A stretch of 64,000 bases of DNA from Methanobacteriota archaeon. Its GTDB lineage: Archaea > Thermoplasmatota > Thermoplasmata > RBG-16-68-12. Positions within the stretch are counted from its first letter, which is position 1. Every line of letters begins with the position of its first letter. Below the pieces are notes generated by a model. It did no database searches and had not been told where the DNA came from. It was given only the letters and a program-made list of their open reading frames with translations. The position numbers and the translations under genes are program-made. Below are positions 55,210-64,000 of this stretch, one piece after another. The stretch is taken from NCBI GenBank assembly GCA_005878485.1, contig VBMG01000046.1, positions 18 through 64,017 on the forward strand. The letters are read 5' to 3'.

Positions 55210-55821
55210 ATGGCCTCGGATTCGCGATTCCCGGAGAGCAACCCGTTCGTCGAGATCGCGACCCATTTGTTCCTCGAGGACATCGCCACGAAGGTCGGCA
55301 TCGCCGGGCTGAACAACTACCTCGTGGCGCTCGCGAAGAACCTCGCCGCATCGATGCCAAAAGAAGAGTATGCCACGTGGCCCGAGTTCCTCTCTGCGCT
55401 CTCGACGGGCCAGTCGATCCTTTCGACCTTCGAGGAAGTGCGTCCGGTGACGGACCACTGCATGTCGACGTACCGATCCCCCTTCGAGCGCGGCTGGCGA
55501 GAGTACGCGAAGCGGGTCGGGGCGTTCTCCCCGGTCCACCGCGAGGTCGCCGAATACTACAACCACAAGGTCCGTCCGACGGCGGTCACCTCGATCCACG
55601 TGGTGCTGCACACGTTCCGGGAGGCCGCGGCGGCGCGCGTCAACGTGGGCAAGGACGGGGTCCGGTACGAGCCCGTCGCGTCCGCATGGGTCGACGGAAA
55701 CGTCCAGGTCCCGGAGGGGCCGAAGCTCGAATCCCTCCTGAAGCGCGCGGGAATCAGCCGGACGCGGCTCGGGATGCTGATGCGGAACCACTCCGACGTC
55801 TGGTTGCTCGAGCCGGCGTGA
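55210..55821 (+). CDS. Paralog of the upstream V4R-like protein lacking its cysteines
   Basis: Colinear similarity with 54588-55208 over the whole length (see findings). Confidence 0.72.
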   Translation: MASDSRFPESNPFVEIATHLFLEDIATKVGIAGLNNYLVALAKNLAASMPKEEYATWPEFLSALSTGQSILSTFEEVRPVTDHCMSTYRSPFERGWREYAKRVGAFSPVHREVAEYYNHKVRPTAVTSIHVVLHTFREAAAARVNVGKDGVRYEPVASAWVDGNVQVPEGPKLESLLKRAGISRTRLGMLMRNHSDVWLLEPA

Positions 55822-56589
55822 TCAGGTCTGTTGGCGCCGGCGAAGCCCGATCGTGACGATCAGGACGGGGACGAACACCGCGATCCCGATCAAGACGGTC
55901 CAACCCGTGCTCAATGGGGCGCTGCCGCGGTAGAAGAGGCTCGAGACGACGACCTCGCCTCGGGCCGGATCGATCACGCCGTTCCGATCCAGGTCCGCTT
56001 CGATGCGTACCTGATGGGTCCCAGACTGCAAGTTCGCCGGCAAGTAATTGAAGGTCGCCGTGGCCGAGCCGCTCGGATTGATTCGCGCGATCGTCTCCGT
56101 GCCCACGAGGGCTCCGTCGACGTAGAACCGCACGGTGACGTTGACTGCGGCCGTCGTCCCCTGGTTCGTGAACGTCGCGCTCAGGACGACCGGGGTAACC
56201 ACGACGATCGACTTCTGCACGGTCGTGTTCTCGACGGTCGATCCGACCGAGGCCGAAATCTTCACGAAAAGGGTGATCGTCTGCTCGGCTTGCGGCGCGG
56301 TGACGTTCAGCCGGAACGTGGTGCGATTATCCGTCGCGGTCGTCGGATTCGCAGCGGTCGGGAGCCCGCCGGCCGCGTTGGATCCCGTGATGTGCCATTG
56401 GACCGTGTACCTGACCGCTCCATCGGGACCGCCAAAAATCGTCAGATTGTACACCCCGGCCTGTCCAGGGGCGATCGCATCGGGACCCGCCAAGCTGCCG
56501 TAGAGCGGTCCCAAGCCCGAGGCCGGGACGACCGAGAGGACCAACGCAGCCAGCACCGCGAGTCCGGCAACGAGGGGTCGCGCGGCCAC
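55822..56589 (-). CDS. Secreted CARDB/Ig-like domain protein with a C-terminal anchor
   Basis: Signal peptide, ATFTNQG..AAVNVTVRFYVDG CARDB motif, TM followed by RRRQQ. Confidence 0.82.
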   Translation of the reverse strand: MAARPLVAGLAVLAALVLSVVPASGLGPLYGSLAGPDAIAPGQAGVYNLTIFGGPDGAVRYTVQWHITGSNAAGGLPTAANPTTATDNRTTFRLNVTAPQAEQTITLFVKISASVGSTVENTTVQKSIVVVTPVVLSATFTNQGTTAAVNVTVRFYVDGALVGTETIARINPSGSATATFNYLPANLQSGTHQVRIEADLDRNGVIDPARGEVVVSSLFYRGSAPLSTGWTVLIGIAVFVPVLIVTIGLRRRQQT

Positions 56590-56590
56590 G

Positions 56591-59500
56591 TCACCGCCTC
56601 CGCCGGGTCAGGAACAATCCCGCCCCAACCGCCGCCACGGCGCCGACGACCGCGGCGAGGATTAGGAGGTTGAACGGCGCCGTGGAGGTGATGTCGGGGC
56701 CGCTCACGGTCGGCGCGCCGGAGTCCAGGGCCGGGAGCCGCAGCGTGAAGACGGTCGTCGCGGAGACCGCCATCGAGTCCTGTGCGAACACCTGGACCAC
56801 GGCCGTCGCGCCGCTCGCCCCGCTCGCAGATTTGGCATGGAGCCGGATTTGCACCGTCGAATTCGCCGGGACCGTGACGCCCGTCAACGTCGGACCCGTC
56901 GGGGATCCGGTGGTCGTCGCGAGTTTCGCAGTCCATCCCACCGCGACGAGGTCGTCGGGGTTCGTGATCGCGACCGTGACCGTTTCCGCCGCGTTGCCCG
57001 AGTTCTTCACGACGAGCGTGTCGTTCAAGAACCGACCGTCGAAGACCGCGGACCCGGGATCCAGGGACAGCGCGAGGCTTCGCACCCGCTGGATGCCGAC
57101 CCTCACTTCGACAGTCCCCCCGGTGGTCCCGGCGTCCCGGGAGGTCGCTCCAATCAGGATCGTGCCGTGGTCGACGAGCGCGTCCGCCGGGCTCTTGATC
57201 GTCACCTGGACCGCGGACGCCGTTCCCCCCGTGCCGAAGTCCAACGCAACCGACGGAGGAGCGAAGGAGAATTGCCAGGTCGTCGGCTGGCCGGAGAGGT
57301 CGAACGTCTCCGCGACATTCCCCGAATTCCGCACGACGACGACGTAGGTCACGGAGCCGCCTCCGGCGATCTGCTGCTCCTGCGACGAATCCCACGTGAG
57401 CGTGGCAGCGTGACTGACGACCTTGGCGAGGGCCAAGTTCAGGATCGTGTCCGCATCAATCTCGACGGAGGACGTCGTGCGGTACGTGACCGATATCCCG
57501 TGTTCGATCGCGGTCGTCGAAGACTCGATCGTGTAGAGGCCGGTCGGGAGGACGACCTGGTACGCCCCTTGGGCATTCGACGTGAGATTGAGCTGGCCGC
57601 CCGACTGGATCGTGATCGACGCGGGCGTCCCCGCCCCCTGGGCATTCAGCGTGACCCCGGACAGCCGGAACGCGTTCGCGAGGGCGAGGTTCTGCGCGAA
57701 CGAGGTCGCGTGGGGCACGGTGATCCGTGCGAGCAACGCGCTGTCTCGGGAGGCCCGTGTCACGTATACGTCGTACGTCCCCGGCGCGAGGGAAACCGAA
57801 TAGGCACCGCTCGAATCGGCGGCCGTCTGGGACGCGATCGACCCGCCGCCGCGCGCGAAGAACGACACGGTCGCGTCGACGCCGATTCCGCTCCGGCTCA
57901 CCGTTCCGGAGACGGTCGTGTTGTCGAGCGTCCGCGTCACGAGGAGGTCGAACGCCAGCGCCGACGCGTCCGGAGGGACCGTCAGACTCCCCGAGAACGC
58001 GTACTGAAAGAAGCGGGACACCCCGCCCGATGTCGCGTTGTTTGTGCCGCTCAATTGGATCGAGTAATTTCCCGGCGCGAGGAACACGATGTATGCGCCA
58101 GACGTGTCCGTGGAGGTCGGCACGGAGCCGCCTTCGAGTCGCACGAACGACACGGGCATCGGCCCTGGCACGGCGACTCCGTTCACGAGCGCCTTTCCCG
58201 AGACGATGATGGCCGTCAAGAGAGCGAACGTCAGGTTCGTCGCGGAGGGTGCTTTCGCGGTCGCCATGAAAACGTATCGGGTCGACCCGATCGTTTCGTT
58301 GCCGACGACCGCGTAGTCGCCGGGCACGAGATAAACCTCGAAGCCTTGCGCGGTCGCGATGGCCGTTCGTTGCTCCGGCCCATCAAACCGAAGGGAGGCC
58401 TCGGTGTTCGTCCCGCCGAGGGTCACATTCCCCCGGACCAGCGTTCTCATGACGATGTTGATGTCGTATGCGAGGGACGTCTGGCCCACGGCGACGACAA
58501 TCCGGTCCGTGCCAACGTTCTGGTACCGCGAGTCCCGCGTTGAGGACACGTTCTCGTCGACGACGAGCGCGTAGGATCCCGGAGCGAGGCTGAAGCCGTA
58601 GCCGCCGTTCGAGTCCGTCGACGTCGTTGCGGCGACCGCTCCCGGTCCGAGGGCGACCGCCCGGATCACGATTGGATGGTTCAGGACCGGGGCTCCCGAT
58701 AGGAGGACGCTCCCCTGGATCTCGACGGAGAGAGGCGTGAGGGCGACCGGCATCCTCGTGCGCAGGTCGATCGGGGCGGAGGCGGGGATCGACCGCGGTG
58801 CGTAGCCGGCCGCGTCGACGGTGCCGGAGTACGTCCGGTTCCCGAAGAGGGGGATCCGGAACTCGCCCGTCGCATTCGTCGTGAAGGTGATGTGGACCCC
58901 GCGGTCGTCCGTCAAGACGATATGGGCGCCCGGGATTGCCTCCCCGGCATCGACGGCTTGGTTCCCGTTCAAGTCCCGGTAGACGCTCCAGCTGACGATC
59001 TCGGACGTCCCGACGAGGGCGATTCGGAGGGTCGGGGTCCCGGAGAGAGACACCGACGCGAAGGACGCGCCATCTTGGTTGAAGGCCTCGACGTCGTACG
59101 CACCCGCGGGGAGGAACGCGAGGTAGCCGCCCGTGGGATCCGTCCGGAGCCATCGCTGTCCGGAGGCGCTGACGAAGGCTACCGTCGCCTCCGGATTCAG
59201 GACGGCAGGGTTCGCGTCTTTCACCGTCCCCGTCAAGCGCACGCCCTGGACGAACATCGCCTGATACGAGGTCGTCGCTCCGGCCGGGACGACGACGGTG
59301 CCGAGCGTCGCGAAGAGCCCGCTCGAGCCGTAAAACCGTCCGCTCACAAACCATTCTCCCGCCCCGAGACGGATTGAGAAGCGCGCAGTCCCGTCCGAGG
59401 TCGTGGACCGGATCGTCCGCGGGTCCGTGGCGGACTGGAAATCCAGACTCGCGAAGGGCTGCGCGGTCCCGAACAAGGTCGTCGTGCCCGCGACGGTCCC

Positions 59501-62500
59501 CGAGGGCAGCAGCGTGAGGTTGAGGGCGATGTCGGTGGTCCCGGCGCGGATCCGCTGGGGCACCGAGGCGAGATTCCCGGCCTCCGCCGTGACGGTGAAG
59601 TTGCCGGCGAGGAGCGGACGGACCGCGTACGCTCCGTTTGCCCCCGAGATGAGCGGGATGATCGTGGAGTTCGTCTCGTCGCGGAACGTGATGTCCGCGG
59701 ACGGGACGGAGCCGCCCGCACCGGACTGCGTGAACCCGTGGACCTCGACGAAGGGCACGCTGATGTCGTGCGTGGCGTCCGTCGTCGCGATCGACACGAT
59801 GGCCACGGAGGTGGTGCGTCCCGCCGTCGCGACGGTCGCGGTGAAGACGCCCACGGGCAGGTCGGCGATCGCATAGGTCCCGTCGTTCGCGGAGGTCGTC
59901 CTCCGGGTGTATGCGAAGTCCGCGTCCGTCAACGTGAGGACGGCCCCGGGCGCCGGCTGGTCGCCTGTTCCGAAGGAGCCGTCATGGTTCAAGTCGAAAA
60001 ACACGGTCCCGCGGGCGGAGTGCGGCGTCACTTGGAGATCCTGGGTCATGATCCAGTCCGGCACGCCGTCCCCGTTCGCGTCCGCGGGCACCCGCATCGC
60101 TTGGTCGAGCGTCACCGGAATTCGGACGGATGCCAACGTGCTGGCGCCGATCAGGGTCGTCCTCGTCACCGCGCCGACGGATGCAGTGATCGTGACGTTG
60201 CCGAACGGGACGATGGCGCTGTAGCGGCCGTTCGCATCCGTCTGGGTCACGTAGTGCGGCGTCCCGAGCTCATCCGTGACGGTGATCCGCACGCCGGGCA
60301 GCGGTTGCGCGCCGGACCACACGGTGCCGTTCACCCATGCGCCGTCGTAGTAGCGGAGGAAGATGACGCCGTTCTCCACGGTCGACCGCGTGTTAAGGTC
60401 CGCGACCCCTTTGATGGTCCCGGCCGCGATCTGCGATTGTTTTTTCTGCGCTTGGTCGTAGTTCATCGCCTGCCACGCCGTCGTGTGGTTCGCGGGGTCG
60501 GTGAACGGATTGTAGTACGCGGTGCGGTAGACGACCCGCCAGTGGGTGAGGTTCCACGCCGGGACGGGCGGATTCGCTCGGAGGGCCGTGCTGAACCCGG
60601 GGATTCCCGTGTCCGTGGAGTTCAGGTCCTTCGGCGCGTAACCGATGTACGCCCGGTAGAACATGGAGTTGTAGAAGGCCGGCTGGTACACGATTGTCGT
60701 GCTCGAAACCTGGTCGCCCGGCTGCACGAGCTGTAGCGGGATGTTCTGGGCGTTCTGCGTATTCGCGAAGATTTGGAAGAAGTCGATCGGCAAGACGCGG
60801 CCATCGGGGAGGTTCAGGACCCGGTGGTCCGAGAGTTTCACCGGCGCGTAGAAGATGCCCGTGTTCGACGCGCTGATGGGGAAGAGCCGCGAATCCACCG
60901 CGAAGTATCCGATGTTCCATCCGGTGACGTCGCGGATGGCGTGATACAACGAGACGACGCTGTTCTCCGTCAAGTGGCCGGCGATCAGGTTCGTCAGGAA
61001 GACATACGCGGCGTTCGTCGGCTGGAGATCCGGGGCCCACAGCCCGAACGTGGTCGGGTCCGACTGGACGACCGACACGTAGGCGTCCCGGTGGAGGAAC
61101 ACGTTGCGGACGACGGCGGACGAGACTCCCGCGGACTCCAAGGCGGCCGTTACGGCCGGGCGGAAGTTCTTGTTGTTCGCCGCGAAGTCGCCTTCGAGGA
61201 GCCGGATCACGAGGAGGGCGATTCCCTCCGTCTCGTTCTGGGCCGTGATGAACTGGCCCGGGAGCTGGTAGCCGTTCTGGAAGTTGTCCGCGACGGTCGG
61301 ATGGACGCCCCGATCGACGGCCTCGAAGCCGTAGTCCCACCATGACAGGAACGCGGGCCGGAGCTCGGGCGGGGTGGCCGCGTCTTGCGTGGCGAACCAC
61401 TGCCAGGCCGCCGGATAGTAGTCCGTCGACTTCGGGATACCGTACCCGAACGCCCCGAAGTAGAACGTGCCGCTGCTCGGGTCGTATGGCGCGCGGAGGA
61501 ACGAGGGCAGGAGGTTCGCGACCTGTTGATCGTACTGCGACTTGAGTTCGAACGGGATCGACGCGTCGATCGCCCACCATACGTTCGGGAGGACGACCAG
61601 GAAGACGATACCGAGCACCACGAGGATGTGCCGGACTTTCACGGATTTCCGGACCGCGTTCCGCCAACTGCCTTCCGCGAGGGACCGGTACGTGCGGCGC
61701 ATGCCCGCGAAATCGGCGCGGACGAGCACCTGGTTGATCGCGAAGCCCGCCGAAATCGCGAACGCGGGCGAAGCGTCGAAGATGAACCGCGCGGCCGTGA
61801 TCGCCATGAAGACCGCGGCGAAGGCCCAGACCGTGACGAGGCTGTACGCCGGGTCCCTCCGGCGCGGGACTTGCCACAGCAGGTACGCGATCGCGGCGAG
61901 GCTCACGCCGAACGTGAAGACGCCGAACGACAGGATGATCTGGGACATCCCCGGCGATTGGTCTTCCGCGATGGTCGTGACGACCTTCGTCTGGACGAAG
62001 TACCCGGCGCCCGTGAAGAAGGCGCTCGCGAGGGTCGGGTTCACGAGGATGCCGACGCCGAGTCCCACGCCGGCCGCGATCAACGTGCTCGGGATGACGA
62101 GCGTCCACGGATAGTCGCGGGTGACGGTGAAGGCGAGGCCGAGGATGAACGCCGCGAAGAACAGATACGCGGGCACGTCGAACCACACACGGATCTGGAC
62201 CCGGACGTAGTACCACTGGAAAGCCAGCACGAGCGGCGTCACAAGCGCGATCGCGAACAGGAGCCAGGTCCCCATCGTGTCCTCGTTCCGGAACCGGGCG
62301 AGGAACAACTCCGCGGCGAACCATACGAGCATGATGACGACCACGTAGGCCCAGCCCTGCCAAGCGAGGGCGATCACCGTGACGCTGAGGCCGGCGAAGA
62401 GGGCATACAGGACGCTGGACCGATTCTCCCGGAAGAACGCCCGGACGCCCGTGGCAATCGCCTCCCGTCGGAACCAGTTCTCGACCCACCGCCGGCGGTT

Positions 62501-63088
62501 CATCGTCTTCAGCGCGCGGAGGAAGAAGTAGAACGTCGCGACGACGAAGAACAGCGTGAAGGCGTCGTGGTCCGCATCCGTCGAAGCGCTCCGCTGCAGG
62601 TTCCCCACGCTGACCGCGAGGAGGAACGCGCTGACGAGCCCCGCCTTCCGGCCGAACGCCTCCTTCGCGAGGCCGTACGTCGGGACGACCGTGAGGGCCC
62701 CGAAGAGCCCCGAACTCAGCAGCCAGACGAAGACGACCGAGTTCCACGGGTCGCTGAAGAGGGGCGCGAACAGCCGTCCGGCGAGGAGCGAGAACCACGG
62801 GTACAGCGGCGGCCGCGGGTTCTGGAAGGAAACGGGATAGTTGAGCATGGAGTCGCGACCCAGGTCCCGCCCCGTCTGGAACGAATAACACAGGGCCCGA
62901 TCCCAATAGTATGAGTCCGACCCGCCCGAGTACGGCGGCGTGTAGATCGCGGTGCAGTCTGGCGGGACCGGATGGAAGGCGATCCCGTACACGAAGTAGA
63001 CGCGCAGGAACAGCGCGAGGCCGAAGATCAACACGAGGGCGACGGCGGTCCGCCAGTGGGTGCGAAGCCACCCCTTCCCTTCGTCCAC
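56591..63088 (-). CDS. aglB: Oligosaccharyltransferase AglB (STT3) with a very long C-terminal array of beta-sandwich repeats
   Basis: GSDSYY, DADHD (DxD), TTIAE, SWWDYG, ADNFQ motifs in a multi-TM N-terminal part; ~1200 aa of TD.NG.Y-type repeats; terminal TM followed by RRRR. Confidence 0.92.
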   Translation of the reverse strand: MDEGKGWLRTHWRTAVALVLIFGLALFLRVYFVYGIAFHPVPPDCTAIYTPPYSGGSDSYYWDRALCYSFQTGRDLGRDSMLNYPVSFQNPRPPLYPWFSLLAGRLFAPLFSDPWNSVVFVWLLSSGLFGALTVVPTYGLAKEAFGRKAGLVSAFLLAVSVGNLQRSASTDADHDAFTLFFVVATFYFFLRALKTMNRRRWVENWFRREAIATGVRAFFRENRSSVLYALFAGLSVTVIALAWQGWAYVVVIMLVWFAAELFLARFRNEDTMGTWLLFAIALVTPLVLAFQWYYVRVQIRVWFDVPAYLFFAAFILGLAFTVTRDYPWTLVIPSTLIAAGVGLGVGILVNPTLASAFFTGAGYFVQTKVVTTIAEDQSPGMSQIILSFGVFTFGVSLAAIAYLLWQVPRRRDPAYSLVTVWAFAAVFMAITAARFIFDASPAFAISAGFAINQVLVRADFAGMRRTYRSLAEGSWRNAVRKSVKVRHILVVLGIVFLVVLPNVWWAIDASIPFELKSQYDQQVANLLPSFLRAPYDPSSGTFYFGAFGYGIPKSTDYYPAAWQWFATQDAATPPELRPAFLSWWDYGFEAVDRGVHPTVADNFQNGYQLPGQFITAQNETEGIALLVIRLLEGDFAANNKNFRPAVTAALESAGVSSAVVRNVFLHRDAYVSVVQSDPTTFGLWAPDLQPTNAAYVFLTNLIAGHLTENSVVSLYHAIRDVTGWNIGYFAVDSRLFPISASNTGIFYAPVKLSDHRVLNLPDGRVLPIDFFQIFANTQNAQNIPLQLVQPGDQVSSTTIVYQPAFYNSMFYRAYIGYAPKDLNSTDTGIPGFSTALRANPPVPAWNLTHWRVVYRTAYYNPFTDPANHTTAWQAMNYDQAQKKQSQIAAGTIKGVADLNTRSTVENGVIFLRYYDGAWVNGTVWSGAQPLPGVRITVTDELGTPHYVTQTDANGRYSAIVPFGNVTITASVGAVTRTTLIGASTLASVRIPVTLDQAMRVPADANGDGVPDWIMTQDLQVTPHSARGTVFFDLNHDGSFGTGDQPAPGAVLTLTDADFAYTRRTTSANDGTYAIADLPVGVFTATVATAGRTTSVAIVSIATTDATHDISVPFVEVHGFTQSGAGGSVPSADITFRDETNSTIIPLISGANGAYAVRPLLAGNFTVTAEAGNLASVPQRIRAGTTDIALNLTLLPSGTVAGTTTLFGTAQPFASLDFQSATDPRTIRSTTSDGTARFSIRLGAGEWFVSGRFYGSSGLFATLGTVVVPAGATTSYQAMFVQGVRLTGTVKDANPAVLNPEATVAFVSASGQRWLRTDPTGGYLAFLPAGAYDVEAFNQDGASFASVSLSGTPTLRIALVGTSEIVSWSVYRDLNGNQAVDAGEAIPGAHIVLTDDRGVHITFTTNATGEFRIPLFGNRTYSGTVDAAGYAPRSIPASAPIDLRTRMPVALTPLSVEIQGSVLLSGAPVLNHPIVIRAVALGPGAVAATTSTDSNGGYGFSLAPGSYALVVDENVSSTRDSRYQNVGTDRIVVAVGQTSLAYDINIVMRTLVRGNVTLGGTNTEASLRFDGPEQRTAIATAQGFEVYLVPGDYAVVGNETIGSTRYVFMATAKAPSATNLTFALLTAIIVSGKALVNGVAVPGPMPVSFVRLEGGSVPTSTDTSGAYIVFLAPGNYSIQLSGTNNATSGGVSRFFQYAFSGSLTVPPDASALAFDLLVTRTLDNTTVSGTVSRSGIGVDATVSFFARGGGSIASQTAADSSGAYSVSLAPGTYDVYVTRASRDSALLARITVPHATSFAQNLALANAFRLSGVTLNAQGAGTPASITIQSGGQLNLTSNAQGAYQVVLPTGLYTIESSTTAIEHGISVTYRTTSSVEIDADTILNLALAKVVSHAATLTWDSSQEQQIAGGGSVTYVVVVRNSGNVAETFDLSGQPTTWQFSFAPPSVALDFGTGGTASAVQVTIKSPADALVDHGTILIGATSRDAGTTGGTVEVRVGIQRVRSLALSLDPGSAVFDGRFLNDTLVVKNSGNAAETVTVAITNPDDLVAVGWTAKLATTTGSPTGPTLTGVTVPANSTVQIRLHAKSASGASGATAVVQVFAQDSMAVSATTVFTLRLPALDSGAPTVSGPDITSTAPFNLLILAAVVGAVAAVGAGLFLTRRRR

Positions 63089-63266
63089 GACGCGATAAAC
63101 CTCCGGGAGGCTGCGCCCATGAGGGAACGCCTATATATCGCTTGTTCGGAGTTCCGCCGAGGGCGTGCGGCCTCCCGATGGGGCGGCCCGACAAGAGCCT
63201 TTTGGGACGGACCTTGGAGGCCAGCGCGCGATGGGCTTAAGACGCCCGCCCGCCTTCCGGCGCCCG

Positions 63267-63443
63267 ATGAAGCGGGACCTCATGGAGATCTTGTGTTGCC
63301 CCGTCTGCAAGGGCGATCTCGCTCTAACCGTCGATGTGGAGAAGGGAGAGATCCTCGAGGGCTCGCTGTTCTGCAAGAACTGCAATCATCGGTACGAGAT
63401 CAAGGACGGGATCCCGGACCTGCTTCCGCCCGATTTCAAATGA
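63267..63443 (+). CDS. trm112: Trm112-like methyltransferase activator
   Basis: LMEILCCPVCKGDL…EGSLFCKNC…YEIKDGIPDLLPP. Confidence 0.93.
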   Translation: MKRDLMEILCCPVCKGDLALTVDVEKGEILEGSLFCKNCNHRYEIKDGIPDLLPPDFK

Positions 63444-63939
63444 ACTCGGCCTGCGCCGCGACGACGCCTGTGCTGTCCTTCGCCCCCATGTAGGCGTCGA
63501 GCGGCTCGCGGTTAAGAGTGAGGAATTGTCCGCCCCAAACGAACTTCGCGAGGATCGTCCGCGCTTCGTCCTCGCGGCCAAAGATGACGAGCGCCGCCGC
63601 GAGCGCCTCGACGGAGGACAGGACGAACGGTTTCCCGTAATTCACCGGGTTCGCGGCGAGGAGGTACGGGAGGGCGCGCGGAGTTGCCTGGGGCACCTTC
63701 GGAAATTCGCCGCGCTTCCACGAGACGTCGACGACGGCGAGTCCGCGGCGTTCCGCACGGGGCGCGTCGGCGCGGGACAGGGCGCGATCGCTCTCCGGCG
63801 TCAGGAGGATCGCCCCGCTCGGGAGAGCGCTCGGTCGCGGGACGAACGTCATGAGCCCGAGCCGTTCGAGTCGGCGGGAGGTGCACCGCTTCGGGTCGCA
63901 CTGTCCGGCGTGGTAGGCCAGCAGTCGGATTGTCTTCAT
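63436..63939 (-). CDS. tsr3: 16S rRNA aminocarboxypropyltransferase Tsr3 (DUF367)
   Basis: QCDPKRCT, DVSW, RALPYLLAANPVNYG, LSSVEALAAAL, WGGQFLTLN. Confidence 0.95.
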   Translation of the reverse strand: MKTIRLLAYHAGQCDPKRCTSRRLERLGLMTFVPRPSALPSGAILLTPESDRALSRADAPRAERRGLAVVDVSWKRGEFPKVPQATPRALPYLLAANPVNYGKPFVLSSVEALAAALVIFGREDEARTILAKFVWGGQFLTLNREPLDAYMGAKDSTGVVAAQAEFI

Positions 63940-63947
63940 GGCGTCCT

Positions 63948-63998
63948 TCAGGGTCTCATGAACTCCGCGTACAACTGGAGACCGAGCGGGAGGCGCCG
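63948..63998 (-). CDS. Probable 3' end of a gene entering from beyond the window edge
   Basis: Reads …RRLPLGLQLYAEFMRP* and stops 8 nt before the tsr3 start. Confidence 0.35.
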   Translation of the reverse strand, partial: RRLPLGLQLYAEFMRP

Positions 63999-64000
63999 AG

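Noticed and set aside
60393-63194. 933-aa alternative-frame ORF and many other long Arg/Pro/Gly-rich overlapping ORFs (e.g. 7482-8996, 20878-22461, 43764-45386, 56837-58543)
   Set aside because: Shadow ORFs expected from high GC3 in real genes; low-complexity composition and no motifs

Overview
This is a GC-rich archaeal chromosomal segment, most likely from an uncultured Thermoplasmatota/Thermoplasmata lineage (inferred from gene content and protein sequences). Most of it is housekeeping: rps17e, RNase P proteins, TBP, RNase HII, FtsZ, the proteasome-SBDS-exosome-rpl37ae-rpoP-pcc1-prefoldin superoperon, cbf5, the riboflavin operon, MetRS, folate-dependent purine/C1 genes, a 2165-aa AglB, Trm112 and Tsr3. 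I saw no transposase, integrase, prophage or CRISPR array. The most interesting signals lie outside the ORF track or in unannotated genes. (1) Two tandem paralogous small-RNA-like units at about 43.3-43.5 kb, each with its own TATA box, an identical 29-nt 5' segment containing an anti-Shine-Dalgarno-like CAUCCCUCC, a hairpin and a U-tract. (2) A four-gene operon of a KaiC-like ATPase, a roadblock-like protein and two V4R-like paralogs, one Cys-rich and one lacking those Cys. (3) Two tRNAs that both carry BHB-type introns at the non-canonical T-loop position 59/60; the initiator tRNA has two introns. (4) A 12-aa poly-lysine micro-ORF with its own TATA box and SD. (5) A CBS4-HPF candidate hibernation factor, a Cys-less alkyltransferase-like domain fused to endonuclease V, and an in-frame DUF106-Cmk fusion lacking the kinase P-loop. 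All product calls come from motif recognition only; no database searches were run.
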